NCBI GenBank assembly: GCA_030018805.1
Contig: JASEHL010000002.1
Span: 1-50,334, forward strand
Source: Patescibacteria group bacterium
Lineage (GTDB): Bacteria > Patescibacteriota > Minisyncoccia > Moranbacterales > UBA11712
DNA: 50,334 nt
Reading direction: 5' to 3'
This document shows positions 32,414 to 42,748 of this stretch, piece by piece (within the stretch, counting starts at the first letter, position 1; the number at the start of each line of letters is the position of its first letter). The position numbers and the translations under genes are program-made. The notes beneath the pieces were generated by a model. The model was not told where the DNA came from, did no database searches, and worked only from the letters and a program-made list of their open reading frames with translations.

Positions 32414-33889
32414 ATGAAGCGAACAAAAATTATTGCCACCATAGGTCCGGCATCGGAAAAAGAAGGCGTGCTGACGGAAATGATCAAAAAGGGCATGAAT
32501 GTAGCGCGCCTAAATTTTTCGCATGGGAATTTTTCGTCGCATCGCCGGGCCATAAAGCTAATCAGAAAGATAAGCGAAAAACTCAATGTCCCGATTGGCA
32601 TTATGGCCGATCTTCAAGGGCCGAGAATTCGGGTGAGCAACGCAAAAGAATTCGCGGTCCAAAAAAACGAAACAATCCTGATTGCCGAGTCCCCGCTTCC
32701 GGCGAAGGCGGGCCCAATTGGAAAAATTCTCCGCAGCCTCAAAAGAATCGGCGAAAAAAGAAGTCCGGTAACTTTGAATCTCGATCTCAAGGGCGTGGCA
32801 AAGCTTGTAAAAATCGGATCGGACATTTTGATTGAAGACGGACTGATAAAAATAAGAGTTCTTGGGAGAAAAAATGGCAAGATTATCGGAAAAGTCGTAA
32901 ATGGAGGAGCAATCAAGCCGAGAAAAGGAGTGAATATACCCGGAATTTCGGGTAAATTGGGAGCGATCACGGCTTATGACAAAGAGGTTCTGGACTTCGC
33001 TCTTTCCCAGGACGTGGATTTCGTGGCCATGTCTTTTGTGAGGACGGCTGAAGAGATAAATTATTTGAAAGGGCTGATAAAGAGAAAATCAAGACGAAAA
33101 AACGGACTTGCGCAGATGATTGCCAAGATTGAAAGGAAGGAGGCTATCCGGAATTTCGACAAAATTCTCGCCGCGACTGACGCAGTAATGGTGGCGCGAG
33201 GAGATCTGGGCATTGAAACACCTCAAGCCGACCTTCCCATTTTCCAGAAAGAAATCGTGACCAAGTGCCTGCGCGCCGGAAAGCCGGTCATTGTCGCAAC
33301 CCAAATGCTTGATTCAATGATCCGGAATCCCCGGCCGACCCGGGCGGAAGTGACAGATGTTTCGAACGCTGTCATCGACCACGCTGACGCTCTGATGCTT
33401 TCAGGAGAAACAGCCAACGGAAAATATCCCGTCGAAGCGGTTCAAACGATGAGCGAAATCATCCGGCGGACGGAAAAATCTCCTTTTGACGACCTTGAGC
33501 ATGGATTTTTGGGAGACGAAACATCATCGATCTCGGCGGCGGTAGCCCAATCGGCCCACGAACTTTTGAAAGATTCGGGCGCGAAAGCGATTGTCGTGGC
33601 GTCAATGAGCGGATTCACGGCCCGGATGATCGCTCGGCACCGGCCGGAGCAGAAAATTCTTGTGATGACCAACAACGAAAAAACGCACAACCAATTGGCA
33701 TTGGTTTGGGGAGCGCGAAGCTTTGTTCTTCCGGACTGCAAAGATCTCGATGAACTTATTGACAAATCGATGGAAACAATCCAGAAAAACAAACTACTCA
33801 AAAAGAAAGATAAGGTAGTGATCGTTGCCGGTCGCCCGCACATGAAACGGGAGCATATGAGTTTGGTTAAAGTGGAGGAAATCAAGTAG
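32414..33889 (+). CDS. pyk: Pyruvate kinase
   Basis: MKRTKIIATIGPAS..MNVARLNFSHG.., ..MVARGDLGIE.., ..ATQMLDSM..PTRAEVTDVSNAV.. Confidence 0.9.
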   Translation: MKRTKIIATIGPASEKEGVLTEMIKKGMNVARLNFSHGNFSSHRRAIKLIRKISEKLNVPIGIMADLQGPRIRVSNAKEFAVQKNETILIAESPLPAKAGPIGKILRSLKRIGEKRSPVTLNLDLKGVAKLVKIGSDILIEDGLIKIRVLGRKNGKIIGKVVNGGAIKPRKGVNIPGISGKLGAITAYDKEVLDFALSQDVDFVAMSFVRTAEEINYLKGLIKRKSRRKNGLAQMIAKIERKEAIRNFDKILAATDAVMVARGDLGIETPQADLPIFQKEIVTKCLRAGKPVIVATQMLDSMIRNPRPTRAEVTDVSNAVIDHADALMLSGETANGKYPVEAVQTMSEIIRRTEKSPFDDLEHGFLGDETSSISAAVAQSAHELLKDSGAKAIVVASMSGFTARMIARHRPEQKILVMTNNEKTHNQLALVWGARSFVLPDCKDLDELIDKSMETIQKNKLLKKKDKVVIVAGRPHMKREHMSLVKVEEIK

Positions 33890-33977
33890 AATAATGAATC
33901 AGGAATTGAGAATAATGATAAAAAATTGATAATAATAATTCATGACTCTTGATTCGTAATTCTTTTCAAAAATAAAA

Positions 33978-36407
33978 ATGAAAACAAAACACATTCTTTG
34001 GTTTAAAGAAACTGGAATAAATGACGTCTCTCTCGTCGGCGGAAAAAACGCGTCGCTCGGGGAGATGTACCAGAATCTCAAAAAGAAAGGAATCAAAGTT
34101 CCCGACGGTTTTTCGGTGACGGCCGAAGCCTTCCGCTATTTCATAAAACAGAACGCGATTGACGACGACATAAAAAGAATTTTGAAAGGTCTTGATACGG
34201 GGAATATGAGAAATCTTGCCGAGCGTGGATACCGCGTTCGCCAGGTCATTCTCGGCGCCGAATTCCCGATTGACCTTCGAAATGCTATCATTGAAGCCTA
34301 CGTGAAACTTTCGAAGGTTTACGATCCGAAAAAAAGCTTCCATATTTTCTGGGACAAAAAAGACCACACCAATCATTTCGCGGGAGGGGCGGATGTCGCC
34401 GTAAGATCAAGCGCGACGGCCGAAGATCTCGCTGACGCTTCTTTTGCCGGCCAGCAGGAATCATATCTCAACATCACCGGCGAATACCAGCTTCTTGAAG
34501 CCATCAAAAAATGTTTCGCTTCCCTCTTCACCGACCGGGCGATATCCTACCGGGTGGATAAGGGTTTTGATCACCTCGAAATCGCTCTTTCGGTGGGCGT
34601 ACAAAAGATGGTACGCTCGGATGAAGCTTCAAGCGGTGTGCTTTTTACGATTGACACTGAATCAGGCTTTTCAGACGCGGTTGTCATCAACGGCTCTTGG
34701 GGCTTGGGGGAAAATATCGTCAAGGGAAAAGTGAATCCCGACGAATTCATTGTTCATAAGCCGACTCTTGCCAAAGGATTCAAATCAATTGTCGGAAAAA
34801 AGCTGGGTTCAAAAGAAACAAAACTCGTTTATTCCGTCGGGGGGAGCGCCTCCACCCAAAACGTAGCCGTTTCACAGGAAGACCGAAAGAGTTTTTGCAT
34901 TTCGGACGAAGAGGCGCTGAAGCTGGCGCGATGGGGAACGCAGATCGAAGATCACTACAAGAAACCGATGGACATCGAATGGGCGAAAGACGGAAGGTCT
35001 GGCGAACTATTTGTTGTTCAGGCCCGGCCCGAAACAGTCCAGTCGCAGCGAGAGAAAAACGTGCTTGAAGAATATATTTTGAAGTCGAAAGGAAAAATTT
35101 TGTGCGCCGGCGCGGCGGTTGGTGGAAAAATCGGGCAGGGCAAAGCGAACGTCATCAAGAATGTTGCCCAGATAGCCGATTTCAAAAAAGGTGAAGTGCT
35201 GGTGACGGAAATGACTGACCCGGATTGGGAGCCGATCATGAAAATCGCCGCGGCGATTGTGACGAACAGTGGCGGACGGACATCCCACGCGGCGATTGTT
35301 TCGCGCGAGCTGGGAATTCCTTGTATTGTCGGAACGAGCAATGCCACGCAGAAAATAAAGGACGGAAAATCCGTGACGGTGAGTTGCGCCGAGGGAGAAG
35401 AAGGACATGTTTACGAGGGGATTTTGAAATTTGAGGTGAAGAAAACCAATCTCAAGGGCATCAAAAAATCGAAAACGAAAATCATGATGAACGTGGGAAA
35501 TCCGGATCAGGCTTTCGATCTCTCGTTTATTCCCAACGACGGGGTTGGGCTGGCCCGCGAGGAATTCATCATTACCGAATACATCAAAATCCATCCGATG
35601 GCTTTGGTGCATTTTGAAAAAGTGAAAGACAGGGAAGAAAAAAAGAAAATCAATGACATCACGCAGGGATATAAGAATAAAGAGGAATTTTTCGTCGACA
35701 AATTGGCGGAAGGAATCGGGCGAATCTGCGCCGCTTTCTGGCCGAAAGACGTAATCGTTCGGATGTCCGATTTCAAGACGAACGAATACGCGACTTTGAT
35801 CGGCGGAAAAGCTTTTGAGCCGGCCGAAGAAAATCCAATGATTGGCTGGCGGGGAGCCTCGCGGTATTATGACGAAGATTATAAGGAAGGTTTTCGGCTC
35901 GAGTGCCTGGCGTTCAAAAAAGTGCGGGACGCGATGGGACTCGTGAACATGAAAGCGATGATTCCATTTTGCCGGACAGTCGAGGAAGGAAAAAAAGTTT
36001 TGGCGGAGATGGAAAAACATGGCCTCAAGCGGGGTCATAATGGCTTGCAGGTTTATGTGATGTGCGAAATTCCATCGAACGTGATTCTGGCCAAAGAATT
36101 CGCTCAAATTTTCGACGGCTTTTCCATCGGCTCGAACGATCTCACCCAGCTCACTCTTGGAGTTGACCGCGACAGCGTGAAAGTAGCGCATGTTTATGAC
36201 GAAAGAAACGAAGCGGTGAAAGAGCTTGTCAGGCAAGTTATTTTCAAGGCGCACAAGGCCCGCCGCAAAGTTGGCATCTGCGGCCAGGCCCCGTCGGACT
36301 TTTTGGATTTTGCCAAATTCCTCGTCGAAGAAAAAATTGACTCGATTTCTTTGAACCCCGATACAGTCATCAAGACGATGATCGAGATAGGAAAGATGGA
36401 GAAATAA
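33978..36407 (+). CDS. ppsA: Phosphoenolpyruvate synthase (pyruvate, water dikinase)
   Basis: ..VGGKNASLGEM.., the phosphohistidine swivel ..GGRTSHAAIVSRELGIPCIVG.., and a PEP-utilising C-domain ..GSNDLTQLTLG.. Confidence 0.9.
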   Translation: MKTKHILWFKETGINDVSLVGGKNASLGEMYQNLKKKGIKVPDGFSVTAEAFRYFIKQNAIDDDIKRILKGLDTGNMRNLAERGYRVRQVILGAEFPIDLRNAIIEAYVKLSKVYDPKKSFHIFWDKKDHTNHFAGGADVAVRSSATAEDLADASFAGQQESYLNITGEYQLLEAIKKCFASLFTDRAISYRVDKGFDHLEIALSVGVQKMVRSDEASSGVLFTIDTESGFSDAVVINGSWGLGENIVKGKVNPDEFIVHKPTLAKGFKSIVGKKLGSKETKLVYSVGGSASTQNVAVSQEDRKSFCISDEEALKLARWGTQIEDHYKKPMDIEWAKDGRSGELFVVQARPETVQSQREKNVLEEYILKSKGKILCAGAAVGGKIGQGKANVIKNVAQIADFKKGEVLVTEMTDPDWEPIMKIAAAIVTNSGGRTSHAAIVSRELGIPCIVGTSNATQKIKDGKSVTVSCAEGEEGHVYEGILKFEVKKTNLKGIKKSKTKIMMNVGNPDQAFDLSFIPNDGVGLAREEFIITEYIKIHPMALVHFEKVKDREEKKKINDITQGYKNKEEFFVDKLAEGIGRICAAFWPKDVIVRMSDFKTNEYATLIGGKAFEPAEENPMIGWRGASRYYDEDYKEGFRLECLAFKKVRDAMGLVNMKAMIPFCRTVEEGKKVLAEMEKHGLKRGHNGLQVYVMCEIPSNVILAKEFAQIFDGFSIGSNDLTQLTLGVDRDSVKVAHVYDERNEAVKELVRQVIFKAHKARRKVGICGQAPSDFLDFAKFLVEEKIDSISLNPDTVIKTMIEIGKMEK

Positions 36408-36492
36408 TTTGCTTTTCCCGAACAAATCTTCTTTCTTTCTAGGCGAGCACTGAAAATAATCCAATATTTTCATGGTCTCCGAAAAATTATAA

Positions 36493-36533
36493 AACAATTT
36501 GTGTCATTAATTTTGCTATAGCAATATTATTTA
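36493..36533 (+). repeat. Direct repeat copy 1 (41 nt) upstream of the PaaX/Cas2-fold gene
   Basis: aacaatttgtgtcattaattttgctatagcaat[a]ttattt. The first 33 nt are identical to 37141-37173. Contains a TGnTATAGC extended -10-like box. Confidence 0.85.
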
Positions 36534-36564
36534 CACAAATTACAATTTAGTAATCAAATAAATT

Positions 36565-37140
36565 ATGAGAACCAAAAGGGATGCAACAAAAGCTATATTG
36601 GAGGGGCTATTGTTTAGCGGGATGTTTGTTATTGCGGCTTATTCTTCCCCCTATTTTCTTCCCCGGGTTATGCCGCATATCCTGAAGCATATTAGGTATA
36701 AAATAAAAAGAAGAAAAGAAAGGCAAAAGTTCCTGCGGTCTTTTTATTATTTGAAAAGAGAGGGTTTTATAAACATAGAGAAGGAAGGAAAGCAAATTTA
36801 TATTTCCCTCACCAAAGAAGGGAAAAGAAAGACGGGAAGATACCATATCGATAATCTGGAAATAAAGAAGCCAAAAAAATGGGATCAAAAGTGGCGAATG
36901 CTCATTTTTGATATTGAAGACAGGCATAAGATAAAGCGGGAAGCTTTAAGGGGAAAGCTTAAACAACTGGGTCTTTATAAATTGCAAAAGAGCGTTTGGA
37001 TTTGTCCCCATGATTTTTTTCGTGAGATGGAAACTTTGCGTGATTTTTTTGGATTGAAATATAGGGAAATGAGAATTATTACCGCCTCAATGATAGAAAA
37101 TGACGATGAGATAAAATCATTTTTCGGAATTACAGGATAA
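36565..37140 (+). CDS. PaaX-like regulator: N-terminal wHTH region plus a C-terminal Cas2/VapD-fold domain
   Basis: ..YYLKREGFINIEKEGKQIYISLTKEG.., then ..WRMLIFDIEDRHKIKREALRGKLKQLGLYKLQKSVWICP.. (Cas2/PaaX_C-like beta-alpha-beta-beta-alpha-beta signature). Confidence 0.6.
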   Translation: MRTKRDATKAILEGLLFSGMFVIAAYSSPYFLPRVMPHILKHIRYKIKRRKERQKFLRSFYYLKREGFINIEKEGKQIYISLTKEGKRKTGRYHIDNLEIKKPKKWDQKWRMLIFDIEDRHKIKREALRGKLKQLGLYKLQKSVWICPHDFFREMETLRDFFGLKYREMRIITASMIENDDEIKSFFGITG

Positions 37141-37181
37141 AACAATTTGTGTCATTAATTTTGCTATAGCAATTTTATTTG
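37141..37181 (+). repeat. Direct repeat copy 2, immediately after the PaaX-like stop and upstream of tRNA-Ser
   Basis: aacaatttgtgtcattaattttgctatagcaat[t]ttattt. Confidence 0.85.
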
Positions 37182-37244
37182 TATGATTTATTTTTGTGTT
37201 TCAGGGTTGATTTTGGGGGGTGTTTGTTATAAGCTTAGTTATGC

Positions 37245-37329
37245 GGAAAGATGGCCGAGCGGTCTAAGGCGCACGCTTGGAAAGCGTGTGTGGGGAAACT
37301 CACCGTGGGTTCGAATCCCACTCTTTCCG
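37245..37329 (+). tRNA. tRNA-Ser (anticodon GGA)
   Basis: Acceptor GGAAAGA/TCTTTCC. D-arm TGGCCGAGCGGTCTAAGGCG. Anticodon stem CACGC/GCGTG with loop TTGGAAA. Long variable arm. T-arm GGGTTCGAATCCC. Discriminator G. No encoded CCA. Confidence 0.9.
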
Positions 37330-37340
37330 AAATTTTGGTG

Positions 37341-37389
37341 CGGGGTGAAAATCTTTACCCCGTAGGATTGCGAAGCAATTCCTACGGGG
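37341..37389 (+). terminator. Two overlapping hairpins after the tRNA (terminator/processing signal)
   Basis: cggggtgaaaatctttaccccg and ccccgtaggattgcgaagcaattcctacgggg share the ccccg segment. Confidence 0.5.
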
Positions 37390-37423
37390 TCTCCCCTTCC
37401 GCCAAAAGATAAATTACAAAACA

Positions 37424-38368
37424 ATGCCCATTCTCGTCTCCGGATCTTTGGTCTATGACCACATCATGGACTTTCCGGATCGCTTCAAAAACCATATTTT
37501 GCCGGAGAGCATTCATATCTTGAATGTCTGTTTTACTGTCGATAAACTCGAAAAAAGCAAAGGCGGAACGGCGGGAAACATCGCCTACAATCTCAAGCTG
37601 CTCGGAGCGGATCCAATCGTCGTTTCTTCGGTCGGGAAAGATGGGAGCGAATATCTGAATTATTTCAAAAAACTCCAGATAGCAACGGATTTAATTGGAG
37701 TTCACGAAAAAAAACATTCCGCTTCATGCTATATCACCACCGACCGAGATGACAATCAGATCACCGCTTTTCACAATGGGGCGTTGGAGTCGGCGCCGGA
37801 CATCAAGTTCGAGAAAAGCAAAAAGAAACCGGAATGGGCGATAATTTCCCCGACTCAAAAAAACGTGATGCTCGCGCATTTGTCCCAATGCGCCGATTCG
37901 GGGATAAAAATAATTTTCGATCCCGGTCAGCAGATTCCGGCTTTCTCGAAAGGGGAACTCAAGAAATCAATTTTAGAGTCTCAAGTGCTCATCGGAAACG
38001 ATTATGAAATAAAGATGATCCAAAAAAGAACCGGCTGGAGCGAAAAAGATATTTTGAAAAAGACAAAAATGCTTGTGACGACGTTCGGCGAAAGAGGATC
38101 GCTCGTGAAAACATCCGACAAACAAGAAATACGAGTTGAGGCGGCGAAGCCCAAGAAAATCGTCGACCCGACCGGCGCGGGGGACGCCTATCGGGCAGGA
38201 TTTCTCTTTGGCCTTGAAAAGGGATATAATTTGCGCGGGTGCGCCCGGATCGGGAGCATCGCGGCAAGTTTCGCGATCGAAAAATACGGAACGCAAGAAC
38301 ACCTTTTTTCGCTGGCAGAATTCGAAAAAAGATACAAAAAATCATACAGAGAGGATATTCGACTCTAA
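37424..38368 (+). CDS. PfkB-family carbohydrate/nucleoside kinase (adenosine kinase-like by context)
   Basis: ..GGTAGNIAYNL.. and ..DPTGAGDAYRAGFLFG... Lies directly upstream of ahcY. Confidence 0.75.
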   Translation: MPILVSGSLVYDHIMDFPDRFKNHILPESIHILNVCFTVDKLEKSKGGTAGNIAYNLKLLGADPIVVSSVGKDGSEYLNYFKKLQIATDLIGVHEKKHSASCYITTDRDDNQITAFHNGALESAPDIKFEKSKKKPEWAIISPTQKNVMLAHLSQCADSGIKIIFDPGQQIPAFSKGELKKSILESQVLIGNDYEIKMIQKRTGWSEKDILKKTKMLVTTFGERGSLVKTSDKQEIRVEAAKPKKIVDPTGAGDAYRAGFLFGLEKGYNLRGCARIGSIAASFAIEKYGTQEHLFSLAEFEKRYKKSYREDIRL

Positions 38369-38441
38369 TGAAAGCTGGTTCAATTTTCAATTTCTAATTT
38401 CAATTTTCAAACAATGATTAAATTATTAAATTTTTAACTTC

Positions 38442-39848
38442 ATGAAAACGGACTATAAAGTGAAAGACCTGAAACTCGCCGATTGGGGGAGAAAAGAGAT
38501 TAAAATCGCTGAAAAGGAGATGGTGGGACTGATGGCTATCCGAAAAAAATACGCTCCGAAAAAACCGCTTAAGAATGCGAAAATTGCGGGGTCGCTCCAT
38601 ATGACGATTCAGACGGCCGTGCTCATTGAAACTTTGAGAGAACTTGGCGCCGAAGTGCGCTGGTCGAGTTGCAATATTTTTTCCACGCAAGACCACGCGG
38701 CGGCGGCGGTGGCCGCATCCGGCGTTCCCGTATTCGCCTGGAAGGGCGAAACGCTTGAAGAATATTGGTGGTGCCTTGAAAAAACATTAGACTTCAAAAA
38801 TGAGGAGGGACCAGATCTCATTGTCGATGATGGCGGGGACGCGACGCTGATGGTTCATCTCGGAGCGGAAATTGAAAAAAATCCAAAGATGCTCGAAAAA
38901 AATTATCAGAGTTCGGAAAAAGATTTTCAGGAGCTCATAAAAATATTAAAAAAAGAATACCGAAAAAATCCAAAACGCTGGACCAGCGCCGCGAAGAATA
39001 TCAAAGGCGTTTCCGAAGAAACAACGACCGGCGTACACCGGCTCTATCAGCGCTTTGAGCAAAATAAATTGTTATTTCCCGCCATCAACGTGAATGATTC
39101 CGTGACCAAGAGCAAATTCGACAACATTTATGGATGCCGGCACTCGATCATTGACGGACTCAACCGGGCAATGGACGTGATGCTTTCGGGGAAAACGGCG
39201 GTAGTTTGCGGGTACGGCGAAGTGGGCAAAGGCTGCGTCCAGGCCCTTCGCGGGCAAGGAGCGAGAGTAATCGTCACCGAAATTGACCCGATCTGCGCTC
39301 TTCAGGCGGCGATGGAAGGATACGAGGTGACGGCTATCGAGGATACTTTGGGAAGAGCCGATATCTATATCACCGCGACGGGCAATCGGCACGTCATCAC
39401 GCTCGCGCATATCCGCAAAATGAAGAACCAGGCGGTGGTCGCGAACATTGGCCACTTTGACAATGAAATTCAGGTCGAGCAGTTGAACAAAGCGCCGGAC
39501 ATCAAAAAAGAAAACATCAAACCGCAAGTCGACAAGTACACTTTTCCGGACGGCCGAGAAATATATATCCTCGCCGAAGGGCGTTTGATGAATCTTGGCT
39601 GCGCGACCGGGCATCCAAGTTTTGTGATGAGCAATAGTTTTTCAAACCAAGTGTTTGCTCAAATCGAACTATGGACGAAGAAATATAAAGTCGGAGTCTA
39701 TACCTTGCCCAAACACCTCGACGAGGAAGTGGCCCGACTCCACCTTGGAAAACTCGGAGTGAAACTCACGAAACTAACGAAAGAACAGGCAAAATATCTC
39801 GGCATTCCCGAGAATGGGCCCTACAAGCCAGATTTTTATAGATATTAG
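38442..39848 (+). CDS. ahcY: Adenosylhomocysteinase
   Basis: ..[26 protein letters not shown].., ..[14 protein letters not shown].., ..[11 protein letters not shown].., ..GHFDNEI.. Confidence 0.95.
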   Translation: MKTDYKVKDLKLADWGRKEIKIAEKEMVGLMAIRKKYAPKKPLKNAKIAGSLHMTIQTAVLIETLRELGAEVRWSSCNIFSTQDHAAAAVAASGVPVFAWKGETLEEYWWCLEKTLDFKNEEGPDLIVDDGGDATLMVHLGAEIEKNPKMLEKNYQSSEKDFQELIKILKKEYRKNPKRWTSAAKNIKGVSEETTTGVHRLYQRFEQNKLLFPAINVNDSVTKSKFDNIYGCRHSIIDGLNRAMDVMLSGKTAVVCGYGEVGKGCVQALRGQGARVIVTEIDPICALQAAMEGYEVTAIEDTLGRADIYITATGNRHVITLAHIRKMKNQAVVANIGHFDNEIQVEQLNKAPDIKKENIKPQVDKYTFPDGREIYILAEGRLMNLGCATGHPSFVMSNSFSNQVFAQIELWTKKYKVGVYTLPKHLDEEVARLHLGKLGVKLTKLTKEQAKYLGIPENGPYKPDFYRY

Positions 39849-39874
39849 AAAAATATCAGTAATCAGCCAAATTT

Positions 39875-40255
39875 ATGAAAAAAGGAATGGAGACAGAAGC
39901 CGGAAAAGAGACTGGTGAAAAAGCAGAAGATTATCTTCGTATGCTTCTTGAAGATCTTCTTAGAAGTGAAGATGTTGAATATGACGAATCACTTCTTCAG
40001 AATTTAAAATCGTTTATAAGTTCAGAGCAGGGTATCAAACCAGATCTTTTGAGCAAGGAAGATATCGCTTTATGGTATAAATATGAAAAGGACACGGTTT
40101 CAAATAAGGATTTAGAAGAGCACGCACGTTATGCTAACAGCCTTACAAATAATAGCCAAAAGGAAACTAGTCTGGCGCTGCACCAACTGATAAGAAACAG
40201 AAACATGCTTTTTGTTCGCCACGCGGGCAACTGGACCGAGAATGAAAAAGATTAA
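39875..40255 (+). CDS. Hypothetical protein (acidic, helical)
   Basis: 126-aa ORF with an ATG. No recognisable motif. Confidence 0.4.
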   Translation: MKKGMETEAGKETGEKAEDYLRMLLEDLLRSEDVEYDESLLQNLKSFISSEQGIKPDLLSKEDIALWYKYEKDTVSNKDLEEHARYANSLTNNSQKETSLALHQLIRNRNMLFVRHAGNWTENEKD

Positions 40256-40316
40256 TCAACCTTAACATTTCCTAACGCCTAATATTAGAAAAACACCGGC
40301 ACAAGGAAAAGACATT

Positions 40317-40877
40317 ATGGGTGAGAATAAATACAGAATCTGTCCGGTGGAGAATGCGGGAGTGCTGGACATCAGCCTGCGAAAATGGATTCACAATCCG
40401 CAGAAAATTTTGGCTCCGTTCGTGAAGACTGGAATGACAGTGCTTGATTTCGGAGCGGGACCGGGATTTTTCACATTGGAACTGGCGCGGCTTGTCGGCG
40501 AATCGGGAAAAGTGATCGCGGCGGATCTGCAGGACGGCATGCTTGAAAAAATTTGGGCGAAAATCAAAAATACCGATCTCGGGAAAATCATCACTCTTCA
40601 TAAAGTTGGGGAAGATAAAATCGGCCTTGATGAGAAAGTTGACTTCGCGCTCGTTTTTTATGTCCTCCATGAACTTCCGAATCAGGGAAAATTTCTCGCG
40701 GAACTCAAAACTATCCTCAAACTCGGCGCGAAGGCCTTGATAGTCGAACCAAAATTCCATGTTTCCAGAAAAGCGTTTCAAAATTCCGTGGAACTCATGA
40801 AAAAACTGGGTTTTGAAATAATCGAAACACCAAAAATATTCATGAGCCGGGCGGTGGTAATTACAACTTCTAAATAA
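40317..40877 (+). CDS. Class I SAM-dependent methyltransferase
   Basis: Motif I ..VLDFGAGPGFFTLELA.. and ..VIAADLQ.. Confidence 0.8.
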   Translation: MGENKYRICPVENAGVLDISLRKWIHNPQKILAPFVKTGMTVLDFGAGPGFFTLELARLVGESGKVIAADLQDGMLEKIWAKIKNTDLGKIITLHKVGEDKIGLDEKVDFALVFYVLHELPNQGKFLAELKTILKLGAKALIVEPKFHVSRKAFQNSVELMKKLGFEIIETPKIFMSRAVVITTSK

Positions 40878-41007
40878 GTATTGGTTTAAAGGATATTTTT
40901 ATGCCCGATATAGAAAAGGAAACGCAGGAACCATCGCTGAATAAAATGTCCCAGGTTAGGAGAGATGCGATGGATGCGATTGATAACCAGATACAAGGTA
41001 GATCGTT

Positions 41008-41040
41008 CTAACTCACCCTAACATTGAATGTTAGGGTGGA
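41008..41040 (+). repeat. 33-bp direct repeat copy 1 with a palindromic core (left boundary of the AbiE cassette)
   Basis: ctaactcaccctaacattgaatgttagggtgga. The core ccctaacatt-g-aatgttaggg is a perfect 10+10 palindrome. Copy 2 is at 42722 (32/33 identical). Confidence 0.9.
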
Positions 41041-41133
41041 TTTCTCCTCGCGGCGATGAGTCCCGGGCCGGATTTCGTGATGGCGATCCGGAATTCACTC
41101 ACGTATTCTCGAAAAACCGACCTGTTGACTTGA
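41041..41133 (+). pseudogene. 5'-truncated remnant of a LysE/RhtB-family translocator gene
   Basis: FLLAAMSPGPDFVMAIRNSLTYSRKTDLLT* matches the N-terminal SPGPDF..RNSL..SR motif region of LysE-type exporters. It has no start codon and stops after 30 codons. Confidence 0.55.
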
Positions 41134-41188
41134 AAGGCGATATGATATATAATTCTAATATATGTTAAAAATAACATAATATGGAATT

Positions 41189-41812
41189 ATGAATTATTTG
41201 ACTTTTCAGAAGCGATTCGGGAATTTCCCTCTCGTGGACATACGGGACGTTTTCACGGTTTTCCCCGGTTTCGACCGGCGCAGAATCAGCGAATGGCGGG
41301 AAAAGGGCTATCTCAAAAAGGTTGCCAATAATTTCTATGTCTTTGCGGATCAAGCGCTTGACGAACGGAAGTTGTTTTTCATCGCCAACAAAATCTATGA
41401 ACCTTCATATGTGAGTCTCGAAACCGCTTTGGGCTACCACGGTCTTATTCCGGAAGGAGTTTTCAGTATTTTTTCCGTCTCAACCCTTAAGACCAGGACC
41501 GTAAGCGCGCGTCTCAACGCGATTGAAACTAATTTCTCATATAAGCGGATAAAAAAAGAATTTTTCTTCGGTTATTCTCTGGTGAAAGATGGGGGAGTCT
41601 CTTTTCTCGTGGCTGATCCGGAAAAAGCCGTCCTTGATTTTCTGTATTTGCGCGAGGATCTCAAGACCGAGGGAGATTTTTTCGAACTTCGCCTCAATCC
41701 CGAGTCCGCCGGCAAAGTTTTGAACAGCCGAAAAATGACAAAATATCTCGCAATTTCAAATTCCCGGATCCTGGAAGAAAAAATTAGAATCCTAAGAAAA
41801 GTCTATGCTTGA
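41189..41812 (+). CDS. Type IV TA / abortive-infection antitoxin AbiEi-like (wHTH)
   Basis: N-terminal ..FPLVDIRDVFTVFPGFDRRRISEWREKGYLKKV... 8-nt overlap with the downstream AbiEii gene. Confidence 0.65.
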   Translation: MNYLTFQKRFGNFPLVDIRDVFTVFPGFDRRRISEWREKGYLKKVANNFYVFADQALDERKLFFIANKIYEPSYVSLETALGYHGLIPEGVFSIFSVSTLKTRTVSARLNAIETNFSYKRIKKEFFFGYSLVKDGGVSFLVADPEKAVLDFLYLREDLKTEGDFFELRLNPESAGKVLNSRKMTKYLAISNSRILEEKIRILRKVYA

Positions 41813-42575
41813 TCTTGGAAATATTTTAAGTGAATATCCGGAGGAGTTTCGGGAATTTCCCAGATTCGCCTATAAGGAATATCTGCAGTATAAAATTCTT
41901 TCGATTGTTTTCCGTCACAAGCTTGGCAAAAAGCTGTCTTTTTTGGGCGGAACGGCTCTTCGCATTGTTCATGGCAACCGGCGTTTCTCGGAAGATCTGG
42001 ATTTTGACAATTTCGGCTTGAAGCTCGCGGATTTTTCAAAAATTATTTCAGAAGTCGAAAAAGAACTTGAAAAAGAAGGTTTTCTGGTTGAGACAAGAAT
42101 CGTTGCCAAGGGCGCTTTCCGCTGCTATGTGAGATTTCCCGAAATTTTTCAGCGCTATGGTCTGGCAATCGCAAAGGAAGAAAAAATTTTGATTCAAATC
42201 GACACTGCAGCGCATGGCGTTCGATACGAACCGGATACATACCTTCTCAACAAATTCGATGTTTTTCGCGAAATTCGGGTGACTCCGCCGGATATCATCT
42301 TGAGCCAGAAAATATTCGCGGTATTTAACCGAAAACGCGATCTGGGAAGGGATTATTTTGACGTCGTTTTTCTGCTTTCCAAAACAAAACCGAATTGGAG
42401 ATACCTCAAAGAGAAACTTAGCGTCGGGTCGGCGGCGGAGCTCAAAAAAAAGCTGCTTCGGAAATGCGGGAAGCTTGATTTCAGGATTCTTGCCCGCGAT
42501 GTCGAGCCGTTCCTTTTCAAAAACAGCGACAAGGAAAAGGTGCTGAAATTCACAAAAGTGATTGAGAATCTGTAA
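41805..42575 (+). CDS. AbiEii/AbiGii-family nucleotidyltransferase toxin
   Basis: ..LSFLGGTALRIVHGNRRFSEDLDFDN.. is the signature of AbiEii (DUF1814) NTases. Confidence 0.8.
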   Translation: MLDLGNILSEYPEEFREFPRFAYKEYLQYKILSIVFRHKLGKKLSFLGGTALRIVHGNRRFSEDLDFDNFGLKLADFSKIISEVEKELEKEGFLVETRIVAKGAFRCYVRFPEIFQRYGLAIAKEEKILIQIDTAAHGVRYEPDTYLLNKFDVFREIRVTPPDIILSQKIFAVFNRKRDLGRDYFDVVFLLSKTKPNWRYLKEKLSVGSAAELKKKLLRKCGKLDFRILARDVEPFLFKNSDKEKVLKFTKVIENL

Positions 42576-42676
42576 CTCGAAGCATATTCTCCAAATTCTT
42601 CGGAGGGTTGCTAATCCTTCTTGGTCACATGGAAGTCGCCTTACTACGATATATGGTAGTAAAAAAGGTAAAATTT

Positions 42677-42748
42677 ATGCAAATTCGGAAAGCGAAAATT
42701 GGGGATATAACGATTGAAAAACTAACTCACCCTAACATTGAATGTTAG
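42677..42748 (+). pseudogene. 3'-truncated GNAT-like gene start (23 codons) running into repeat copy 2
   Basis: MQIRKAKIGDITIEKL.. resembles GNAT N-termini. The frame then reads through the repeat (..THPNIEC*). Tentative. Confidence 0.3.

Noticed and set aside
37183-37424. 60-61-aa ORFs on both strands over the tRNA-Ser gene
   Set aside because: They coincide with a canonical tRNA cloverleaf and its downstream hairpins.
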